Source: Andalucia godoyi And28
Lineage: Eukaryota > Protista > Jakobida
Length of the DNA stretch: 64,000 nt
Direction: 5' to 3'
NCBI GenBank assembly: GCA_009859145.1
Contig: VRVR01000053.1
Span: 124,001 to 188,000, forward strand
This document shows positions 51,444 through 59,262 of this stretch, piece by piece. A program made the position numbers and the translations under genes. The number at the start of each line of letters is the position of its first letter. Position 1 is the first letter of the stretch. The notes under the pieces were generated by a model. The model did no database searches. It saw nothing but the letters and a program-made list of their open reading frames with translations, and was not told the origin of the DNA.

Positions 51444-52703
51444 ATGTCGCGTGGAAAGACGAAAGAATTGTATGTTCCGATTGACACGTTTGAGGGACTG
51501 TGGTCGAATGTGTGGGACGTTCTGAGGCACGGCTCAGACAAGGGGGTGTTCATGGATGTGTATACGAAATGGGCTGGGTCGTGTACGGCTGTTGCGCCGC
51601 TCGTCCGAAAATGGGCGTCGGACCACGACCAGCTGGACGAGACCACATGCACGATCAAGTTTCTGTTGGTTGACGCAGACAAGGTTGCAGCGACGTACAA
51701 TCCGAGCTTTCTGAAGAATGCGACGTACAATCAAGAAGCAGAAGTTGAGTACTTGCGGATACTTTTGGATTTTGCAAAGGGGCGGTCCAGGCCTACGTTC
51801 GTTGTGTATGTGAACAACGGCTGTGCGTCTCGTCTGAAGAGCGCGCCGTTCGTGGCAGGCACAGGCGACGGAGCGGCACATGCGCTCTCTCCGGGAAGCG
51901 CAGCGCTGGTTCTCATTGACGGGATCGATATGAGTTCCATCAACCTGTGCCTGGACGCAATGAAACCAAAGTCTGCGGAAGAGCGCGACAAGGAAGCAGA
52001 GGAGCAGAAGAACATGGAGAACAATCATCCAAGCACACTTGGAGTGGATGGGACCAAGTCTGCTCCGTCCAGTGCAACGCCGACTCCGCGAATCACATCG
52101 GGAGGCTCATTTGGGGGTGCTGCAGAGGATTCGACAATTGCAACATCCAAGTTTTACACGGCGTACCCAACGCGGACTGCGCCCCTGGCTCTGGCAGCCG
52201 CAAGCTATAAGCCTCCGCAAAATGTGCAAAAGGACTACCGATTCCGCTCTCTTTTGACCGAGCATGGGTGGACGGCCGTGTATGAGCAAGAGTACGCCGT
52301 TCCGATGTCGACGGAAGAAGTCCTGGGGGGAATCAAGAAGAGCTCGGGCAAGGACTCGTGGCTGTGCATTGGTGCTCTCGACTTGGAAGGCGATCCAGAT
52401 GTGTTTGTTCTTGCAGCATTCATCAAGGCAAAGGATTTCCTTGCATCGTTCAGCGACGAAAAGAACCTTGCCCGAGGACCATACAATGGAAAAATCTTTG
52501 CATATGTTCGGGCGGGCTGCTCCATGGGATTTGTCCAAGGAACTCCGGAAATTCTGCTGAATCCGGAAGATAAGGCCAAAAAGAACCCAGGAACTCGTCT
52601 TTCGTGGGTTCTGGACGCGAGTGGCGGTGCACGCCTCGGAGAGAAGTGCATGCTGCAGGAGTCCACACGATTCCTTAAAGTCATTTTGCAGACCCCGTAC
52701 TAA
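51444..52703 (+). CDS. Thioredoxin-like domain (degenerate WAGSC) fused to an unnamed C-terminal domain
   Basis: VFMDVYTKWAGSCTAVAP...IKFLLVDADKV resembles the NME8/outer-dynein-arm type Trx. C-terminal domain: GWTAVYEQEY...LCIGA...MGF...RLSWVLDASGGARLG. Confidence 0.75.
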   Translation: MSRGKTKELYVPIDTFEGLWSNVWDVLRHGSDKGVFMDVYTKWAGSCTAVAPLVRKWASDHDQLDETTCTIKFLLVDADKVAATYNPSFLKNATYNQEAEVEYLRILLDFAKGRSRPTFVVYVNNGCASRLKSAPFVAGTGDGAAHALSPGSAALVLIDGIDMSSINLCLDAMKPKSAEERDKEAEEQKNMENNHPSTLGVDGTKSAPSSATPTPRITSGGSFGGAAEDSTIATSKFYTAYPTRTAPLALAAASYKPPQNVQKDYRFRSLLTEHGWTAVYEQEYAVPMSTEEVLGGIKKSSGKDSWLCIGALDLEGDPDVFVLAAFIKAKDFLASFSDEKNLARGPYNGKIFAYVRAGCSMGFVQGTPEILLNPEDKAKKNPGTRLSWVLDASGGARLGEKCMLQESTRFLKVILQTPY

Positions 52704-52839
52704 GCGTGTAAAATCGAGAAACTGTTTTTCTTCTTCTTACTATCTTTCTTCTTCCCTTTCTTTTTACTTTCTCTCCCTCCGTTTGCAGCTAAACAATTCA
52801 AAAAAGCATTGAAAACACAAAGACATGCACAGGAACGGA

Positions 52840-53967
52840 TCAGGGAAGATTGGACGCTCCGTACAGGATTCGCGCCAGGAATTCCTTGTCGGAGAACTTG
52901 GGAGGCTTGCCGTTGGGAGCTGGCTGCTGGTCCATGACCTGTTTCCTGGCTTTGACCACCTTGATGTCAGTCTGTCTGATGATGGTAACTCCAAGTCGAC
53001 GTGACGTGTACATCCGTTGGCCACCCGCTCCGCCGCACACGAGCCAATCGACCTGTCCTAGTCCAGGGACATTGACATACGGCAGCCAGAACGAAAGACC
53101 ATATCGAGGGTTCACTTGCGACCCGACGTACACCTGGTTCAACAGATCGATCTGAATCGCACCATCCGCACCGCGACGCAGCCACTCCCCAAATCGCCCA
53201 AACTCCCGCGCATTCATCACGAGTCCGTTTGAAAGAATCGGCTGATGATCTGCTTCGTGTGTCCGAAATCGTGTAATTTGCATCCCGACACGGTCTTTGT
53301 ACAGTTTGTTGAAATAGCCAGCAACATCGAGACCAGTGTTCGCGGCCGCAAGTCTCCGTGACAGCAATTCTCCAGCGATCTGGAATGGGCTGGGCCCATA
53401 GAGAAACGTTCTCCCGGGCTCTGGGACAGCACCCGTGTCGAACACGATTCCCTGGCAAGCTTGCGAATATGTCAATGGAGCTCCAATCTCTCCTGGATCA
53501 AGTCCGCATACAAGCTGCAGGAGCTGCCGAATGGTGATTCGACTCCGGAATGGATCTTGTGCCCATTCTGTAATTGTCCATGCAACCGGCTCATCGAGGC
53601 TCTGGATGATCCTCTCTTGAACCGCAAACAAAATCAAAGGACCCACAAACGATTTTGTGCACGATGCAAGTGGCCAAGCTGCCTCCATCGATCCGCCGTT
53701 CGCAACCGGGTAGTCTTCAAACGCAATCGCTCCATTCACAATCACCAACAGAGACGTACCACCAAACGTTGTCGAATACTGTGCAGCAAGCTGAAAATTA
53801 TTCGTATTTGGTGCAAACGGAGGCAGGTTCGACGGTAGGTTCCACACCAAGCAGTCGATTCCTTCTGCCTTTTCAAGCTGTTTCAATGCTCGATTCTTCT
53901 GTTGCCGATCTCCATTGCGCTTCCCTCGTCCCCCAGACCCAAACAGCTTTCTTGCAACGAAAAACAT
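52840..53967 (-). CDS. Serine hydrolase, beta-lactamase class C/AmpC-like family
   Basis: SxxK motif (ASCTKS), SLDEPV..TITEW...RITIRQLL, FLYGPSPFQIAGELL, REFGRFG, YGLSFW and GGAGGQRMY. Intronless. Confidence 0.88.
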   Translation of the reverse strand: MFFVARKLFGSGGRGKRNGDRQQKNRALKQLEKAEGIDCLVWNLPSNLPPFAPNTNNFQLAAQYSTTFGGTSLLVIVNGAIAFEDYPVANGGSMEAAWPLASCTKSFVGPLILFAVQERIIQSLDEPVAWTITEWAQDPFRSRITIRQLLQLVCGLDPGEIGAPLTYSQACQGIVFDTGAVPEPGRTFLYGPSPFQIAGELLSRRLAAANTGLDVAGYFNKLYKDRVGMQITRFRTHEADHQPILSNGLVMNAREFGRFGEWLRRGADGAIQIDLLNQVYVGSQVNPRYGLSFWLPYVNVPGLGQVDWLVCGGAGGQRMYTSRRLGVTIIRQTDIKVVKARKQVMDQQPAPNGKPPKFSDKEFLARILYGASNLP

Positions 53968-54119
53968 GTTCTGGCTCTATCTCGATCTGTGTGCATAAGT
54001 ATGCCCTGTATGCGGAAAAGAAGCCGGATCAGGCGAGCAAGCCCAATCAGTACCAGAAAGTACTTTCCTTTCAGCGCTGGTCACCTTTGCGGGGAATTCT
54101 CGTCTGAAAACGAAAAACT

Positions 54120-54660
54120 CCTAATTCCGGATGTGGATGAAATACCGACGCGCTTTTTTGAACGATTCCTATTGTGTTTTATTTCGTTTTCACTACCACT
54201 GCCAGAAAACGCTTTTTTTTTTTGTTGAAGAGTACACACACACACGTTCGAGACATGGACGGGGGATGTGTGCGGAACATCCATTAGGAAGTCGAAAGAA
54301 CACGCTTACATTATACACTGGACATGCATATTCAGTCTTGCATCCCGTTGCCGGGAAGGGGATAGGCCCCAGCACGCCTCACGGCGCTCTTCAGATAAAT
54401 GCTCCGCGCTCCGTTCCCAATCTCGATCAATCGGTGAGCCACCTTCTCAGCGTGACACGTTGTTCCTGAGAAGGGTGCATTTTTTTGATTCTGACGGCCC
54501 TAGCAGCAGGCGCTTTCGTGTCCTCAGTTGCAGCGATTGATGCACCTGGAGAGGAGATACGAGAGGAAGAGGCGGTAGGCGTAGTGACACGTGGTCTCTG
54601 CGGGACCTAGGAGGCCGTGTATCATGAATTTCTGTGAAACAAACGTGCTAGTGCCGGCCA
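54120..54660 (-). mobile_element. Decayed Fanzor2/TnpB N-terminal relic (NTD, HTH, REC)
   Basis: Colinear pieces: *VPQ...SSPGASIAATEDTK; RAVRIKKMHPSQEQRVTLRRWLTD* (54501-54427; cf. RxxKIRLYPTxEQKxxLRRWFG); GNGARSIYLKSAV (54418-54380; cf. GxARxxYN); FLMDVPH...IKHNRNRSKK (cf. WLLDVP...IKHF.LKFRSKK). Confidence 0.7.
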
Positions 54661-55011
54661 GTATTGACCGTGTCTGTTTATGGATACTTCCGTATGCGTG
54701 ACAATGACGTGTTATTATTCTGCGGTGCGCATGTACTTGTGTGTGCTGGGAGGGCCTTGTGCCCTTAGACGATTCATTTTCGCAGGATCGATTGTCATGC
54801 AACGTTGCAATTTGTACCAATTAGAAACCAATTCGTAATTTTGATACAGTGTATCGTAGCACGAGGCGCTTTTTACAGCGTGTGCACGATCATGGTTTTT
54901 ATGCATGTGAGATGATGGTGCACCACTACTTCATGAGATGGCATGTTGCGTTCAGAAGATGACGAGAATAAACAGGGAGGGCTAGACTGCATTGGACTGG
55001 ACAAGAATGGA

Positions 55012-55704
55012 CTAGAAGCACTGTTCGAGGACTTCGAGGACTTGCTGCCAGCCGAGTTTTGAGAAAATGTCCTTCATGTCGTAGACGTGCGCAAGGGCAA
55101 GCCAGTCCGCAGGGTTCTTGACGACGCTGCAGAAACCGTTCGCAATGTAGCATTTTGGATGGGACTCGAAGGCAATGGTCTGGATGTCACTGCATGTTAG
55201 CGAGGGGTTCGTGAGCACGGGCTCTAACGCAAGCTGCAGACAGACTAGCGTTCCATTGATCCACTGTTGGCCGACAGTCGAAAACGACTGCAGGTTCGCC
55301 ATGAACCGGGAGCAGTACTTCAGTCCGTATCCGAGCGCATATCCGTCGATGCCGCAACTGTGCGTCTTGTCCAGGCAGTTGGAGTAGAACGAGCACGTCT
55401 CGGGAACGGGTGCTGTGCAGGCTTCTGGAGTAGGATAGCACGGTGCCGTCGAGGAAACTGTGTCAAACGAGTCGACAGGAAGCGAAGGGCTGCATGTTTG
55501 CAGTGCATTCAGAGCAGAATCTGTGGAGCAGTACACGGAGAGCATCACGTGCGGACATTCCTTCAGCGCGGTTGCCAGCGCAGCCGCGGATTGAGACGTC
55601 AGTGTAAACGACGCGTAGTTTGCAGAAAATGCTTGTGGACACTGCATAAAGCACGTAAATACGATGCTGCACAGAATAACTCTCAACAAGCCGTGCTTCA
55701 TCAT
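55012..55704 (-). CDS. Secreted cysteine-rich protein, stanniocalcin-like domain
   Basis: Signal peptide MMKHGLLRVILCSIVFTCFMQCPQA; C-terminal CSFYSNCLDKTHSCGIDGYALGYGLKYCSRF...GQQWINGTLVCLQ...CSDIQTIAFESHPKCY...GFC. Confidence 0.8.
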   Translation of the reverse strand: MMKHGLLRVILCSIVFTCFMQCPQAFSANYASFTLTSQSAAALATALKECPHVMLSVYCSTDSALNALQTCSPSLPVDSFDTVSSTAPCYPTPEACTAPVPETCSFYSNCLDKTHSCGIDGYALGYGLKYCSRFMANLQSFSTVGQQWINGTLVCLQLALEPVLTNPSLTCSDIQTIAFESHPKCYIANGFCSVVKNPADWLALAHVYDMKDIFSKLGWQQVLEVLEQCF

Positions 55705-55992
55705 GTTCAAGACTGGCGATCACAACATGACACACAGTGCTGGGCGAGGACACATGGAAGACAGAAACAGACGCAGAAAAAGACGATCGGTCATATTTGT
55801 GTTTTCCCGGCGCCTTTTCAGCTTTCTTTGGGCTGCGAGGGACAACTACAAACGACGCGCAGCGTACTGCAAACCGCAACCACCCCAGTTCCCGAGTCCC
55901 AGAGGACAACGGATGTTGGACAACAAGGGGAAAAAAAGCGCACACGTGCCTTTTCCAGATAAAAGGAATCGAACCCGGATTCCACAAGAATC

Positions 55993-56868
55993 TCAAGTCA
56001 ATCGCCCCAGGGAGCTTTCTTGAAATTCGGTCGAAAGAAGAAGATTTCCATGATCACAATGTGCACGTGCGCGACTTTCGATCGTCGATGCATACGACTT
56101 TCCGTTTTGCGATCTTTCGGCAACTTGAAGACATTCCCCACAGCTTCCTCTGCAACAGCAGCGTGGGAGCACGGCAGCATGCTCGCCGAATCCGCTGAGG
56201 AGAACGGCGCTCTGCACCGCCCTAGAGGTGAGCAGCGAGCTCTCGACTCCAAACAACCTTTACTTCGAGAGCAGCCGCAAGCAGCGTCTCTGTTCCCCAT
56301 TCACCTCCAACGTCTACCATGGATGTATCCGGATGCGTCTGCTTCACATACCGGATGATCATCGCCAAATTATGCAGAAAGCTTGTCCACCGGCGGTGCT
56401 TGCCTGAAATCGGAAATCGAGTCGGCGGGCACCGGGAAGTAGAATGAAGATGTAGAAGAGCACGAAAGCAAGAAATCTTCCAGCAAGGCACTTTATCTTT
56501 CCGGAATGAGACGGCTTGTAGGCCAGGCGCATCTGCACGATTACTGGAACCCTGAAAGGACGAGAAACCATTGTGTGAACAGCCTAACGTGCGTTGCAAA
56601 CAGAATGAAGAAGAATTCGCGATTTGCACAAATGCGATATATAGGTACGACGACTGGGGCCAGTGGACGAGCCTATCCAAAGGAATGGCACCCACCGGAA
56701 TCCACGGGAATCCGGTATCAGGAGCACCGGCAACCCAGCGCCTCGATGAGCTCTTCGTTGAGAATTGTATGTGAAGACCAAAAATGGAAAACGACTCCGC
56801 CCCTTCGGTGAGCGTACCCCGCGTTGCTGGAACAGTTCATTCGGCTCTTTGACACTGATGTTCTCCAT
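55993..56868 (-). pseudogene. FkbM-type SAM methyltransferase pseudogene (three or more frameshifts)
   Basis: Colinear across frames: FYFPVPADSISDFRQAPP / WTSFLHNLAMIIRYVKQTHPDTSMVDVGGEWGTETLLAAALEVKV / FGVESSLLTSRAVQSAVLLSGFGEHAAVLP / AAVAEEAVGNV...HVHIVIMEIFF. Confidence 0.6.
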
Positions 56869-56903
56869 AATTTACTTTCAAGGGGGTGTGAGAGTTGTGG
56901 ATA

Positions 56904-58484
56904 TCAAAACCGGTCTCTTTCAGGCTGAACAGCAGCCGGGCTTCCGGCTTGGGCTTCGCGGACAATATCTGCTTCCACAGTTTGCATTTCCGGAGACATG
57001 TACGGGTTCAACGCATGGGTAACGGGAAGTTCTGGTATGTCTGCGAGCCATGCAGTTAGTTGGTTTCTTCTGGTTTCTTGTGTTGTCTTTGCAGCAGCAA
57101 TGCCGATCCTCTTCCGCAGTTTGTGCCAGGCCCTCTCGTCCTCTGTGAGCAAGAGAACATGGCCGTGCTTGTCACTAAACACAGAGGGCAAGTAAAGAAA
57201 ATCACGAACATTCGGCAGCACATCTGCAGTCGGTCCGGAGCGGCCAATGCAGTCATCCAGCCAAAACACAGATGCGGCAGAGTTGACAACGGACGTCAAG
57301 AAGTTCTGTCCGAGCGCTTTTGCGGCCTCTGCCCACGAAGCAGCATCAGCGGATACTGAAGGCTGGGGCAGCTGCGGGGGCCAGAACTTCAGTAAAACAG
57401 CGTCCTTTGGATCGTAGTACACATAGATCGACGCGAAGCTGAGCGATCCGTTCAGCAACGGGAGGAATGGAGACATTAGCGCAGCAGAGGCGGAGGACGC
57501 AGGCTGCACGCTGCTGGCGCGGATCACGTTCTGCGTGCAGTAGCCATTCGCGGCATGCAACGATCCAATGTATTCCCCTGGTCCCAAGTTGAGTCCGACA
57601 CGGTTCCCGGCCGCCGTCATGGTCAGCCGCACTCCCAAAGAATGCGCGATGATATGGACATGGTCCAAGGAGACACCGAAATCGTCCCGCAGCCTCATCA
57701 GGCAGCCCTTTTGCAACGCAGAGGCACCGAGGGACACCGCTCCCCACAGCGGCTTCATGAGATCGAGGTAGAGCCGCGCTGCCTCTGATGCGAGATTCGC
57801 AGACGGATCTCCCGCAGGCCACAGAAACAGCATGGGGAGGGCCTTGAATGCTGGCTGCACATAGTCTGATCGCGGAATGGTTCCCAACGCACAACACAGT
57901 CTTCGAATTTGCATCGGCGGCTGGTTATCAATGTCTGGGTCACCGAGATTGACCGCAACAAGCCCGGCGTTCACAAACCCCGACGAACTCAGAAATCCGC
58001 CAACTAGCAGCGGAACAATCGTATCGGGCGAAATGTCCTCTCTGGAAAGAGACTGCAGCGACACGTGGAAAGGCACGTCTGGTCCATCGGTGACCAGTGC
58101 AAACGAAAACTGGTTGTTGGGAGCCCAGTCCGTGGTTGGCTTCCGAATGTCGCAAGCCACCACAACGACGTACTGACAAGCCACTGACGGCGGTCGAAAC
58201 TTGGACAGTGTCGTCCGCAAGAATGCGTCAATGAACGGAGACAGCGGCGGGCGCGTTCCCCGAGGCGTTACAACTGGAGGCACCGCAGGAAGCGCTGTCG
58301 GGGTCGGAGTCTGGATCGGTGTGCTGCCCATGTATCGAACAGATTGTAATCGACCGGCGCTTCGAGGACACGGTGGGATCTGCTGTAGTTGTGCTCCGAA
58401 ATGGACGGAAACGGGGATTGAGAGCTTGCCGATGTGAAGAAGCAGTGGTGAATTCCGAGGCTGAAGGTTGCGCAACTGGTTCAT
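56904..58484 (-). CDS. Alpha/beta hydrolase fold protein (DUF900/DUF726-like)
   Basis: PLLVGGFL (oxyanion-region like), FLWPAG, nucleophile elbow HIIAHSLG, IYVYYDPKDAVL and C-terminal THALNPY. The start may instead be the ATG at 58331. Confidence 0.75.
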   Translation of the reverse strand: MNQLRNLQPRNSPLLLHIGKLSIPVSVHFGAQLQQIPPCPRSAGRLQSVRYMGSTPIQTPTPTALPAVPPVVTPRGTRPPLSPFIDAFLRTTLSKFRPPSVACQYVVVVACDIRKPTTDWAPNNQFSFALVTDGPDVPFHVSLQSLSREDISPDTIVPLLVGGFLSSSGFVNAGLVAVNLGDPDIDNQPPMQIRRLCCALGTIPRSDYVQPAFKALPMLFLWPAGDPSANLASEAARLYLDLMKPLWGAVSLGASALQKGCLMRLRDDFGVSLDHVHIIAHSLGVRLTMTAAGNRVGLNLGPGEYIGSLHAANGYCTQNVIRASSVQPASSASAALMSPFLPLLNGSLSFASIYVYYDPKDAVLLKFWPPQLPQPSVSADAASWAEAAKALGQNFLTSVVNSAASVFWLDDCIGRSGPTADVLPNVRDFLYLPSVFSDKHGHVLLLTEDERAWHKLRKRIGIAAAKTTQETRRNQLTAWLADIPELPVTHALNPYMSPEMQTVEADIVREAQAGSPAAVQPERDRF

Positions 58485-59262
58485 CCACCAACGGAGTAGA
58501 TGCAGACTCTCTCACCCACTTTGACGAACAACAACCAGGCCCTCACAAGTTGCTAATTTGCTGATTCGCAAAACTGCAGAATTCCAAACAGCGTCGACTT
58601 CGTTAGGAGATCCGCCTCCTACCCCAAAGACAGAAGTTCTTCTACAACTGTTGAGAAAAGTAAAGAGGAAAATCCCGGTATCGACGCGGGGCTGCCTTGT
58701 GGACTGCATTTTAATCGTCCCAACAGACGCATTAGCATGAAGCCGAACAATCAGAGATCATGCTTCGAGAATCAGATACTCCCCCCCAACAAAAGCGACA
58801 AGAGTTTGTGGGTGGGATTTTTTTAATTTAATTAAAAGATAAAAACAAACGTCTCGTTATCGACAAACAGCAAATATGGCACAGATACATCATAATATTC
58901 ACGCAGTGGAGTATTATGTATCATGAAAAAGAAAAAAAAGAAAAGAAATAACAGTACTAATACTAATAAATCAATCAATCAATCAACCAGGCATTCAGGA
59001 ATCAAATAAACTCCACATGACAAAAACATCCAAAACCACATCAGACCACAGACAGCACAGGTGCATCCAGTATTCACAAAAACACATCTATTCTTTTCTC
59101 ACCTTCCCGCCTTTGCATTTCTGCAACGGGGAAACACGCATACCTCGAAGAACAATCAACCAAAAAAAAAAAAAAAAAAAACAGTCATGCAAACAGAAAC
59201 AACCAACACACAAATACAGACAAGGAAAACAAAAAATGCAAAGTCGAGGCTGCGGAGCACCC

